Shown here: one piece after another, positions 1-9,928 of the stretch
Layout of the letters: every line of letters starts with the position of its first letter
Numbering within the stretch: the stretch's first letter is position 1
From: Myxococcota bacterium
GTDB taxonomy: Bacteria > Myxococcota_A > UBA796 > SXON01
DNA length: 13,560 nt
NCBI GenBank assembly: GCA_040386535.1
Contig: JAZKFH010000032.1
Span: 307,607-321,166 of the forward strand
Direction of reading: 5' to 3'
Notes under the pieces: model-generated
What the model saw: the letters and a program-made list of their open reading frames with translations, nothing else
The model's database searches: none
Told to the model about the DNA's origin: nothing
Made by a program: the position numbers and the translations under genes

Positions 1-72
1 GCCCGCCACGCCGAAGCCGCCCGCCACGCCGAAGCCGCCCGCCACGCCGAAGCCGCCCGCCACGCCGAAGCC
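1..72 (+). repeat. 18-nt coding tandem repeat GCCCGCCACGCCGAAGCC x4 (ARHAEA)
   Basis: Four perfect copies at 1-72, followed by a degenerate copy; may continue upstream of the window. Confidence 0.95.
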
Positions 73-564
73 GTCCGCGCCGAAGCCGCCCGCCGCGTCG
101 AGACCGACGAGACCGTCCGCACGCCGCCCACCGCGCCCCCTTCCGACGTGCGCGCGACGCTGGGCATCACGGAGCGCCGCCGCGGCGACGAGCCCGCGCC
201 CGCCCAACCCAGCGCCGGTCCCGCCCGCCCCTCCGACCTGCTCGCGCGGATGCGTGCGCTCAAGGCCGCGGGCGGCGCGCCCGCCGAAGCTCCAGAAGCG
301 CCCCCGCCTACCCTCGCGCCCCGGCCGCGCCAGGCCCCCTCGCCCGACGACGACGACGACGCCACCACGCTCCTGACACCCGCCGCCCTCGCCGCCCGCC
401 GCGCCGCGCTCCTCGCCGAGGTGGAGGACGACGACGACGACCTCCCCGAGGACGGCGATGTCACGATGATCATCCAGCGCGGCCCCCGCCCGCCGCCCGT
501 CCCCGCGCCGGCGCCGGACGCCCGCCCCCGCGCCGAGGTCTGGCGCCCGCCGACCCGGAAGTAG
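1..564 (+). CDS. 3' part of a Pro/Ala-rich low-complexity hypothetical protein (5'-truncated by the window edge)
   Basis: Frame 1 is open from base 1 to TAG at 562-564. It reads (ARHAEA)4, then Pro/Ala-rich linkers and two poly-Asp patches. Codons are GC3-biased. The GTG at 148 in the ORF track is probably internal. Confidence 0.7.
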   Translation, partial: ARHAEAARHAEAARHAEAARHAEAVRAEAARRVETDETVRTPPTAPPSDVRATLGITERRRGDEPAPAQPSAGPARPSDLLARMRALKAAGGAPAEAPEAPPPTLAPRPRQAPSPDDDDDATTLLTPAALAARRAALLAEVEDDDDDLPEDGDVTMIIQRGPRPPPVPAPAPDARPRAEVWRPPTRK

Positions 565-604
565 CGCGCCCGACGGCTCGCGCGTCGCCGTTCCGCCAAC
601 CTGG

Positions 605-792
605 GAGTCATGCCCAGATGAATGAACGTTTTCCAGAGTCATGCCACCCTGAACGCCGGGAATCAGGGCGCGCGCGCGGTGTGTCATCGATGTTGTGACG
701 GTTGGTCCGTACCGGAAGCGTGCGAACGGCGCCCGATGCGGCGTTGGAGGAGGCATGGCCCTGGAATCGAGGCGTTCAGGCGGGCATGAGGT
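605..792. repeat. Intergenic imperfect inverted repeat, each arm made of two 31-bp-spaced boxes (consensus TCATGCC-N4-TGAACGCC)
   Basis: GAGTCATGCC occurs at 605 and 636. Segment 639-657 (TCATGCCACCCTGAACGCC) matches the reverse complement of 771-789 at 17/19. Segment 631-645 matches the reverse complement of 752-766 at 13/15. Confidence 0.75.
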
Positions 793-875
793 CCGCGCGC
801 GCCCCCACCGACCCCCACCCCACCGCTCGCCGAACCCCCGCTCGTCGGCTACCGTGCCCGCCCTTGGAGAACCCC

Positions 876-1931
876 ATGCACACGACGCTCCTGCTGGTCC
901 TCGTGGCCTGCACGTCCACGAAGCCCGACGACACGTCCACCGAGACGGACACGGACACCGACACCGATTCGGACACCGACACCGACACCGATTCGGACAC
1001 CGACACCGACACGGACACGGACACGGACACCGACACGGACACCGACACCGACACCGACACCGACACGTTCACGGTGATCCCCGCCGCGGCCGGCCCGTTC
1101 GCCGGGACCACGCTCGGGTTGTTCCCGCTCACGTCGTCGTTCACGGCGGTCACCGACATCACCACGCCCGCCCACCGCGCCACCCTCGGCGACACGGGCA
1201 CCTTCGCCGTGACCTTCACGCCCGACACGCTCGAGGAGGCGCCCTTCGCCCCCGGGATGTTCGTCGCCGCCTACACCCTGGTGGCCTACACCGGTGACAC
1301 GCCCGACGGCGAGGCCCTCGTCGGCATGCCCCGCTACGACGTGCTCTACGTGTCGGGCACCATCCCCGCGGAGTACGCGGGCATCGGCATCGTGGCCGGC
1401 TGGAACGCGCTCGCGGCCCGCGGCGAGGGTGACCCTCCCGAGATCGTCTCCACGAGCGCCATCCCCCTCGACGACAACCTCCTGCTCCGCGAAAGCGTGA
1501 GCGCGGGCGGCACCTGGGGCCTGGCCTCGGGCACGCGGATCGCGGTCGTGGCCGACCTCGACACGACCATCGCGGTCACCGACGGCGACGCCGGCGCCCC
1601 GTGGTCCGTGACCGTGACCGGCCGCCCCGCGCCCTCGACCGTGATGACGCGCGAGGGCGTTACCATCGGCGGCTACCGCCCCACCGCCTACGACGACACC
1701 GACGGGAGCGGCGGCTGGAGCACCGCCGACGCCGTCACCGGCATTGCCACCACCGCCGGGGGCGAGCCCGCCTGGCTTCTCTGGGGCGAGCCCGTCTCCG
1801 ATGTCGGCGCCGCGCACACGCTCGTGGTGCTCGGCGGCTTCCGCGTCGGCTGGGACGTGGGCCGCCAGCAGGAGATCGCCTTCGCCCTCCCCGAGGACGA
1901 GTGGTTCGACCTCGTGATGGACGCGCCGTAG
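876..1931 (+). CDS. Putative lipoprotein with Asp-Thr repeat stalk and a beta-rich, internally duplicated C-terminal region (351 aa)
   Basis: ATG at 876 follows GGAGA (866-870). MHTTLLLVLVA-C is a signal peptide with a lipobox-like Cys. A (DT/DS)20 tract follows, and DDTDGSGGW resembles a Ca-binding loop. Confidence 0.85.
   Translation: MHTTLLLVLVACTSTKPDDTSTETDTDTDTDSDTDTDTDSDTDTDTDTDTDTDTDTDTDTDTDTFTVIPAAAGPFAGTTLGLFPLTSSFTAVTDITTPAHRATLGDTGTFAVTFTPDTLEEAPFAPGMFVAAYTLVAYTGDTPDGEALVGMPRYDVLYVSGTIPAEYAGIGIVAGWNALAARGEGDPPEIVSTSAIPLDDNLLLRESVSAGGTWGLASGTRIAVVADLDTTIAVTDGDAGAPWSVTVTGRPAPSTVMTREGVTIGGYRPTAYDDTDGSGGWSTADAVTGIATTAGGEPAWLLWGEPVSDVGAAHTLVVLGGFRVGWDVGRQQEIAFALPEDEWFDLVMDAP
948..1067 (+). 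repeat. Coding hexanucleotide repeat GACAC(C/G), 20 Asp-Thr/Asp-Ser dipeptides
   Basis: Read directly. ACC and ACG codons are mixed, with two GATTCG (DS) interruptions. Confidence 0.95.
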
Positions 1932-1970
1932 GCCACGGGCCGGCTCGACCACCGACCGTTAGGGTGCGGG

Positions 1971-2840
1971 ATGTCCTCCCGTACCCTCTGGATCGTCGTC
2001 GACGGCAAGCCGGACGGCCCCCACGACGAAGCGGCCCTCGCGCGGCGCCTCGCCGCCGGTGAGCTCCACCCTGACACCGGCGCCTGGCACGAGGGCCTCG
2101 AGGCGTGGACCACCCTCGCCCAGCTCGCGCCAGCCTCCACGGCGCTCGCCGCCCAAGGAGCCCCGCACGGCCCCCCCCTGGGCGCCGCGGGCGGCCTCCT
2201 CGAGGACAGCGTCGCGGTCGTGTCCACCACCAGCTCGCGCGACGGCGAGGCCCTCGAGGCCGCGTTCGCCGGGCTCGTGAAGAAGAGCTGGAAACACTTC
2301 GACCAGTCGCTGTTCGCGGGCAAGGTCGACGAGGTGTTGCTCGGCGCCCTCATCACCGTGATGGTCGAGCGCGGCTCCGCGCTCATCGATCTGACAAGTG
2401 ACGGGCAGAACCACTACGCGCGGTTCGAGCGGTTGGCAGACAAATCCCGGGTGTTCTTCCGCCTCACCCACCTCACACCCAATCCGGTGGCGGCCAAGGT
2501 GCAAGGACACCTCGTGAGCGTGGTGGTGGGCTACGGCGAGTTCATCGACAGCTTCGCCACGGTCTGGAGCGCCATCAAGGCCGAGTACCGCTCGGGCCTC
2601 ATCCAGACGCCGGAGCCGGGCACCATCACGGTCGATGCCGACATGAACACCCGCTACGTGTTCGTCCAGGTCGACCTCTACTGGAACGCGGGCGACTACG
2701 TGAACGACGCCTGGCGCATCGACTACGAGAAGCTGGGCGCCGACATGGACTCCGTGGTCCACGTGCTGCGGAAGTACCTCCGCGGGCGATTCCGCCCCGG
2801 GCTCGATGCCGCGCCGCAGCTCACCAAGGGGGTTTCCTGA
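1971..2840 (+). CDS. GYF_2 (DUF4339)-domain protein with an uncharacterised C-terminal alpha/beta domain
   Basis: The N-terminus [40 protein letters not shown] fits the GYF_2 pattern (W..G...GP....L......G.L...T..W..G...W). The stop overlaps the next start (TGATG). Confidence 0.8.
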   Translation: MSSRTLWIVVDGKPDGPHDEAALARRLAAGELHPDTGAWHEGLEAWTTLAQLAPASTALAAQGAPHGPPLGAAGGLLEDSVAVVSTTSSRDGEALEAAFAGLVKKSWKHFDQSLFAGKVDEVLLGALITVMVERGSALIDLTSDGQNHYARFERLADKSRVFFRLTHLTPNPVAAKVQGHLVSVVVGYGEFIDSFATVWSAIKAEYRSGLIQTPEPGTITVDADMNTRYVFVQVDLYWNAGDYVNDAWRIDYEKLGADMDSVVHVLRKYLRGRFRPGLDAAPQLTKGVS

Positions 2841-3367
2841 TGTTCGGTATCCTCGCCAGCTTCAAGCACAAAGCCGAGATCCGGGAGTCGAAGGACGAGA
2901 TCCTCGTTGGGGAGCTCGTCCGCGCGATGGCCCGCCAGGGCTACCCGGCGTGCGGCTTCGCGGCGCATGCGGATTGGCAGCGGGTGCAGTTCCGCGCCGC
3001 GGGAGATCCCGTGCTCCACGCGGTGCACCTCACGTTGAACCGCATGACCGGCTCCTCCGCGATCTCCGAGGCGCTGCTGGGCTCCCAAGCCACGCTCACG
3101 GTCACCGCCGAGGTCAAGAACCTCGTGGCCGACCCCGACGATCTCATCGCCATGTACCGCACGGATCTCGCGAACCTGTTCAAGATGCCCGCGCTCGGTG
3201 GCATCAAGCTGAACCACGAGATGAACAGCGTGTTCGCCACCACCACCAAGTACATCGACATCGGCGCCTACGTGATGCGCGGCGAACCCGGCGCCGACGC
3301 CCTCGTCAAGCTCCTCGACGGCACGATCGACGCGCTCCGCGAGCGGCTCCGCACCTACAAGCGGTAG
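2840..3367 (+). CDS. Hypothetical protein (175 aa), apparent distant paralogue of the C-terminal domain of 1971..2840
   Basis: Coupled to the upstream gene by a TGATG overlap; normal codon usage. [16 protein letters not shown] aligns with [16 protein letters not shown] of the upstream gene. Confidence 0.8.
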   Translation: MFGILASFKHKAEIRESKDEILVGELVRAMARQGYPACGFAAHADWQRVQFRAAGDPVLHAVHLTLNRMTGSSAISEALLGSQATLTVTAEVKNLVADPDDLIAMYRTDLANLFKMPALGGIKLNHEMNSVFATTTKYIDIGAYVMRGEPGADALVKLLDGTIDALRERLRTYKR

Positions 3368-3419
3368 GGGGTCATCCGGTCACCGGGCTTGCCGAAAAGT
3401 CAGGAAGTGTCCACGTTCC

Positions 3420-3434
3420 TGGCACGAGCTCGGC
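3420..3434 (+). promoter_or_regulatory. Possible sigma54 (-24/-12) promoter for the 3516 lipoprotein
   Basis: TGGCACGAGCTCGGC has a perfect TGGCACG -24 element and GG-N10-GC spacing, but the -12 element is CGGC rather than TTGC. Confidence 0.3.
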
Positions 3435-3515
3435 GAACCCACGGGCTCTGCGGGGAGAGGGCGGCGCGACCGCCCGCTGCTCCGCGTTCGTCCCCATCGG
3501 GTGGAGAATCAGGAC

Positions 3516-4352
3516 ATGCATCGCATCCTCGGGCTGCTCTTCCTCGCGAGCTGCTCGGAGACCTTTCTCGACGGCTCTGACAAGGAACCGGATCTTCAGG
3601 ACGCCGACACGGACTCGGACACGGACTCGGACACCGATTCGGACATCGACACCGACACCGATTCCGACACGGACGCGGACACCGACAGCTACACGGACAC
3701 TGACGGCTACCCCGACACGGACACCTACGAGGACACGGACACCTACGAGGACACGGACAGCTACCCGGACACGGACACCTACGAGGACACCGATTCGTAC
3801 GAGGACACGGACAGCTACCCCGACACCGATTCGTACGAGGACACGGACAGCTACCCCGACACCGATTCGTACGAGGACACGGACAGCTACCCCGACACCG
3901 ACCCGTACGAAGACAGCACCTGCACCTTCACCCAGGGCTACTGGAAGAACCACGCAGAGGTGTGGCCGGTGGCGTACGTGACGCTCGGCGCCGAGTCCTA
4001 CGATCAGGAGGCGCTCCTCGCGCTCTTCGCCCTGCCGGTCGAGGGCGACGCGAGCGTGAACCTCGCGCACCAGCTCATCGCCGCCAAGCTGAACGTCGCA
4101 TCCGGCGCGACGTCGACGGCGATCGACTACGTCATCACCGAGGCCGACGGGCTGCTCGACGACTACACGGGGTACCTCCCGTACAGCGTCGCCCCCTCGT
4201 CGTACGAGGGTGGGGAGATGGTGCGCGTCGCGGGGCTTCTCGACGCGTACAACAACGGCATCACCGGCCCCGGCCACTGCGAAGACAGCTACGACTCCGA
4301 CCCCACGCTGCTCGACCGCGTCTCCAGCCTCTGGGCCCGCGTCTGGTTCTAG
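3516..4352 (+). CDS. Putative lipoprotein with acidic Tyr-containing repeats and a C-terminal [11 protein letters not shown]...[11 protein letters not shown] domain (278 aa)
   Basis: ATG at 3516 follows GGAGA (3503-3507). [13 protein letters not shown] is a lipobox. A DT/DS tract and 13 hexapeptide repeats follow. The C-terminal domain, bracketed by two Cys, is of a type seen in bacterial surface proteins; I did not assign a family name. Confidence 0.85.
   Translation: MHRILGLLFLASCSETFLDGSDKEPDLQDADTDSDTDSDTDSDIDTDTDSDTDADTDSYTDTDGYPDTDTYEDTDTYEDTDSYPDTDTYEDTDSYEDTDSYPDTDSYEDTDSYPDTDSYEDTDSYPDTDPYEDSTCTFTQGYWKNHAEVWPVAYVTLGAESYDQEALLALFALPVEGDASVNLAHQLIAAKLNVASGATSTAIDYVITEADGLLDDYTGYLPYSVAPSSYEGGEMVRVAGLLDAYNNGITGPGHCEDSYDSDPTLLDRVSSLWARVWF
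3600..3911 (+). repeat. Coding repeats: (D-x)n at 3600-3677, then 13 x 18-nt DTDxYx units at 3678-3911, including three perfect 36-nt copies at 3786-3893
   Basis: GACACCGATTCGTACGAGGACACGGACAGCTACCCC x3 encodes [12 protein letters not shown]. Confidence 0.95.
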
Positions 4353-4391
4353 GCGCCTGCGTAGCCGGCCGCGCGTAGCGACCGATTGAAC

Positions 4392-4421
4392 GGGGGCAGG
4401 GTCCAGTTGGGCCCTGCCCCC
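4392..4421. terminator. Strong hairpin between convergent genes, probable bidirectional terminator
   Basis: GGGGGCAGGGTCC-AGTT-GGGCCCTGCCCCC forms a 13-bp stem with one G-U pair; there is no long U tract. Confidence 0.65.
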
Positions 4422-4461
4422 TTCCTCATCTCCCAGGTACCCTGCTTCGAAGCCCCAACTG

Positions 4462-5823
4462 TCAGGGACACACGCCCGGAAGCTCCGCGTCGAGCCAGGC
4501 GGCGCGGCGGTGGGTGAAGTCGACGAGGTAGGCGAGCTCGTCCTCCCACGTCTCTCCCACGTACCAGTTGGGCCACAGGTCCCAACCCAGCGTGCGCCAG
4601 TGGCCGTGATCCCGCGGCTCCGCGTGCGCGAGGGGCGCCACCAGCTCGTCGACCGTGGCGGCGAGCGCGGAATCGGAGAGCTCCCCCTCGCGGAGCAGCT
4701 CCCAGCGGCACCGCAGCGCCTGGGTGAACCGGGGATCGCGTAGCAGCGTGATCCACCAGGCGGGGATGTGCTGCCAATCGAGACACACGTCCTCGGCCTC
4801 CCACACGAGGCCCTCGGGGTTCCAACCCTCGCAGAATTCCGCGTTTCCCCAGGCGATGTTGAAGTCCCACACCGGCCCCGCATGCAACTTCCCGCCGAGC
4901 GAGTCGGGCGCCTTGTGGAGGAACGTGCTCCGTCGGTACGCGTCGACATTCCGGGAGAGCTCGTTGACGAGCACGTAGTCGACGAACGAGGGCACGTCGA
5001 TCCACGCGGCGGGGTCGTCCCCCGCGGCCATGCCCGCCTCGAACCGGTCGATCCACGCGCGGAGCCACTCGAGCTGGGCGGGCGTGATCTTGTCGGCGTC
5101 GGGGTCCCGCAGCTCGTACATCGCCCCTTGCGCGGACGTGAGCCAGCCCTCCTCCGGCGGCCCTCCCTCGATCTTGAACAGGTACCCCCCGGACAGATCC
5201 CCCGGGGCCGTGGGGGCCGGATGCGGGAGGTCGACCCGGTTCGCGTCCAGCTCCGGCTTCTCGGTGACCGCGTAGATCCCCACGTACGCCTCGTCGACGA
5301 ACATCTCCGCGAAGCGAACGCGCGGCGCGTAGCCGCCCAGCCGCCGGATCAGGCGAAAAGCCAGGGCGTCACGCACGTAGGTCTTGTCGGTGTAGGGGCC
5401 GTAGAGGACCCAGTCGGCCTCGGCCGGCAAGCCCATGACCGGGAGCGCCACGTCCTCGCCGGCGGCGTCCTGCAGCTCCAGGTTGTAGGAGCGCTTCGGG
5501 AAATACGACGAGGACGAGCCCCGCACCTCGATGGCGGCGCGGCTCGTGAGGGCGCGCGGCGCGGCGCCGACGCCGGCGAGCGTGCCGTCGTGCGCCTCGA
5601 TGACCTCGACCGTGGCCGGCACCCGTTCGTCTTGCACGATCGCCCCATCCGCCTCCACCAGCAGCAGCGGCAACGGACTTCCGTCCCACCCGGTGTCGCC
5701 CGGCGGCGCGTCGCCGAGATGTGTCAGGGGAGGCGCGGGCTCCTCCGGCACCTCGTCGGGAAGCGGGCCAAGTTCTATGGTTCGAGGCGAACATCCGGCA
5801 AGCACGAGCGCGAGGAGGGGCAT
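4462..5823 (-). CDS. CotH kinase family protein, lipoprotein-anchored
   Basis: LAG-C lipobox. CotH motifs: IEVRGSSS..FPKRSYNLEL, DWVL...Y.DKT..RD.LA, Y.GIY..TEK, N.DAY..S..L.K and GPVWDFNIAWGN. Confidence 0.9.
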   Translation of the reverse strand: MPLLALVLAGCSPRTIELGPLPDEVPEEPAPPLTHLGDAPPGDTGWDGSPLPLLLVEADGAIVQDERVPATVEVIEAHDGTLAGVGAAPRALTSRAAIEVRGSSSSYFPKRSYNLELQDAAGEDVALPVMGLPAEADWVLYGPYTDKTYVRDALAFRLIRRLGGYAPRVRFAEMFVDEAYVGIYAVTEKPELDANRVDLPHPAPTAPGDLSGGYLFKIEGGPPEEGWLTSAQGAMYELRDPDADKITPAQLEWLRAWIDRFEAGMAAGDDPAAWIDVPSFVDYVLVNELSRNVDAYRRSTFLHKAPDSLGGKLHAGPVWDFNIAWGNAEFCEGWNPEGLVWEAEDVCLDWQHIPAWWITLLRDPRFTQALRCRWELLREGELSDSALAATVDELVAPLAHAEPRDHGHWRTLGWDLWPNWYVGETWEDELAYLVDFTHRRAAWLDAELPGVCP

Positions 5824-6010
5824 CCGAGACCGCTAGTCACCGGGCCCGCGGCGGGGAGCGGGGGGCGCGCCCCGTGTACGGAGCGGCGTGGATCTCGCCG
5901 GCGCGCTTGCGCTAAGGCTCCGAACGTGAAAGAAGGGCCGCCACTCGGGCACGCCCAGCGTTCTCCATGCGAACCGGCGTGCGCCACACCTTCTGCACAG
6001 GATCGCGTGA

Positions 6011-8104
<2,094 letters not shown>

Positions 8105-8138
8105 TCCCTCGGTCTTCGCCAGAAGGCCGTCGCGAACA

Positions 8139-8173
8139 GAAGGCCGTCCCCCGGGGCGGCCTTCCTCGTTTTT
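8139..8173 (+). terminator. Rho-independent terminator after hppA
   Basis: GAAGGCCGTCC-CCCG-GGGCGGCCTTC stem (8139-8164) followed by CTCGTTTTT. The 5' arm CAGAAGGCCGTC is duplicated at 8120-8131. Confidence 0.7.
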
Positions 8174-8220
8174 GGGCTGGATGTCTTGAGCGGAGGCGCC
8201 CGGGCCCTATCTGCTGGAGG

Positions 8221-8796
8221 ATGGATCGAGCGGCGGTAGAGTTCCTCAAGGCGGCGGCGCGGCGCCCCCTCGGCGTAGCAACGGTGTTCCCCACCTCGCC
8301 GGCCCTGGCGCGGCGGCTCCTCGAGCCGATCGGGCGCGGCCCGCCGGGGCACGTCGTCGAGCTCGGCGCGGGCACCGGCGCCATCACCCGGCACCTCGCG
8401 GCGGTGGCGCCCGGGCAGGTCACCGCGCTGGAGATCGATCCGGAGATGGCGCGCTTCCTGCGCACCCGCATCGCGGACGTCCGCGTGGTGTGTGCCCCCG
8501 CCGAGGATCTCGGCCGCATGGTCGAGCCGCGCACGGCCCGCGCGGTCGTGGCGAGCCTGCCGTGGACCATGCTCACCACGCTCGCCCAGGAGCGCATCTT
8601 CGCGGCGGTGCACGCGGCGCTCGTGCCCGGCGGCGTGTTCGCCACCTACATGTGCCTCAACGCCTACCTGCACCCCAAGGCGCGCACCTTCCGCGCGCGC
8701 CTGCACGCCTGGTTCCCGCGCGTTCAGGAGGGCACCGTCGAGTGGCGCAACCTCCCGCCCGCGGTGCCCTGGTTCGCGTGGACGGACTCGCGCTGA
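8221..8796 (+). CDS. Class I SAM-dependent methyltransferase, phospholipid N-methyltransferase (PmtA/COG3963)-like
   Basis: GGAGG immediately precedes the ATG. Motifs FL......P..VATVFPTSPALAR, VVELGAGTGAIT, ALEIDPEMA and VVASLPW are typical of this family. Confidence 0.8.
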   Translation: MDRAAVEFLKAAARRPLGVATVFPTSPALARRLLEPIGRGPPGHVVELGAGTGAITRHLAAVAPGQVTALEIDPEMARFLRTRIADVRVVCAPAEDLGRMVEPRTARAVVASLPWTMLTTLAQERIFAAVHAALVPGGVFATYMCLNAYLHPKARTFRARLHAWFPRVQEGTVEWRNLPPAVPWFAWTDSR

Positions 8797-8839
8797 ACGC
8801 CTCGCGCTGAGAGCGTGACCGGCGATAGGCCGGGGGGCT

Positions 8840-9457
8840 GTGTCCGACGCTCCCGCCGCCCCCGCGCTCCCTCCCCTCTCCCCCTCCGAGCGGCGCGCCC
8901 TCGTCCGGCTCGCGCTCCAGGCCGCGGCGCTGTTCGGCGCGATCTTCCTCCTCGGCGCGGTCGCCGCCACTTGGCTGCGCGCCCCGTTCCAGGCCGCCGG
9001 TGAGGCCTTCGTCGCGGAGGTGGGGGCCCCCGGCGTGGCCGTCGTGTTCGTGCTCGCCGACGTCGTGCCCGTGCCCATCCCGCCCGATCTGTTCTCCGTG
9101 TTCGCGCTGCTCGGCGGCGTGCCGTTCTGGACCATCGTGGCGTGGGGCACCCTCGGCGCGCTCGGCGGCAGCGCGCTCGCGTGGGGCATCGGGCGCCTCC
9201 TCGCCCACACCGCCTGGTTCCGCCGAGCCCTCGGCCACCAGCACGAGCGCGTCGCCGGCTGGGTGCGGCGCTGGGGCGGCCTCGCGCTCGTGATCGTCAT
9301 CGTCTCCCCCATCCCGTTCGAGGTCGGCGCGTGGACCGCCTCCGCCCTCGGCATGCCGCTCTGGCGCCTCCTGCTCTGGGCGTCGCTCCGCAGCGTCCGG
9401 ATCGCGGGCTACCTCGCGCTGTTCGAGCTCGGGTGGGTGCGGGCGGGGCCCGGGTGA
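8840..9457 (+). CDS. DedA/VTT (SNARE-associated, YqaA-like) membrane protein
   Basis: Hydrophobic segments with PVPIPPD, GALGGSALAWGIGR, RRWG, SPIPF, GM and SLR..R, the DedA/VTT motif layout. Confidence 0.8.
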   Translation: MSDAPAAPALPPLSPSERRALVRLALQAAALFGAIFLLGAVAATWLRAPFQAAGEAFVAEVGAPGVAVVFVLADVVPVPIPPDLFSVFALLGGVPFWTIVAWGTLGALGGSALAWGIGRLLAHTAWFRRALGHQHERVAGWVRRWGGLALVIVIVSPIPFEVGAWTASALGMPLWRLLLWASLRSVRIAGYLALFELGWVRAGPG

Positions 9458-9818
9458 GGGCTGGGGGCGCACCCGCGCGGACGCGGGCGGGCGTCTTCCG
9501 CGGTCGGGCTGGCGCCCTCCGTCGTCCGGCTGCGGGCCGGCCGACTGGCGCGGGCACTGGACGCCGGCGCGGCCTTCGGCCCCTCGATTCCGCGCGGCCC
9601 GCGCCACTCTCCAGCCTCCCTTGCGCGGCCGGTCTGACCATGGGCGGATCCGGGAGCCTGCGGCTGCGCACGGACGGCGGATTCGTTAGCCGTGCGGGCG
9701 AGGGTTCCGATTCGTGCTTGTGCAGAAGACAATCCGACCGACCGCGTCAACTTCCCGGAGCCGTCGGCTCCCGCAGCTGCGCACGGGCAGCATGACGCGC
9801 CGCCCGCCCCGCGCGCGC

Positions 9819-9847
9819 TTGACTCCCGCACCCGGTGCGGCTACGTC
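9819..9847 (+). promoter_or_regulatory. Possible sigma70 promoter for the small RNA/Abi unit
   Basis: TTGACT (9819-9824), 17 bp, TACGTC (9842-9847). The -35 and spacing are good; the -10 is weak. Confidence 0.4.
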
Positions 9848-9852
9848 CTCCG

Positions 9853-9914
9853 CAGAACGCTCGCCGGGCCTCTGCCGCAAGGTACGCTATCTCTCGGCGG
9901 GCTTTTGCCTTTTT
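9853..9914 (+). ncRNA. Candidate abiF-associated small structured RNA (antitoxin or attenuator)
   Basis: 10-bp outer stem 9859-9868/9893-9902, asymmetric internal loop (CCTC / CGCTATCT), inner stem TGCC-GCAA-GGTA with a GNRA tetraloop, then TTTTGCCTTTTT. It lies between the promoter and the Abi start codon. Confidence 0.55.
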
Positions 9915-9928
9915 GCCGCAGCGCATTC

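Noticed and set aside
702..875. N-terminal extension of the lipoprotein in the ORF track
   Set aside because: The signal peptide and SD point to ATG 876; the extension crosses the repeat element.
695..1297. His/Arg-rich ORF with GGAGGAGG before the ATG at 755
   Set aside because: It is an off-frame reading of the Asp-Thr repeat and overlaps the better-supported lipoprotein; the SD-like sequence lies within the inverted-repeat arm.
3786..3893. Three perfect 36-nt repeats, CRISPR-repeat length
   Set aside because: They are head-to-tail with no spacers, in frame within a lipoprotein gene, and no cas genes are present.
8120..8148. Duplicated CAGAAGGCCGTC as a possible antiterminator switch or target-site duplication
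   Set aside because: Both copies pair with the same 3' arm and give a similar hairpin, and only 5 nt separate them; most simply a local duplication.
9692..9928. 79-aa N-terminal extension of the Abi ORF
   Set aside because: The family-typical N-terminus begins at GTG 9929; the extension spans the promoter and the structured leader.
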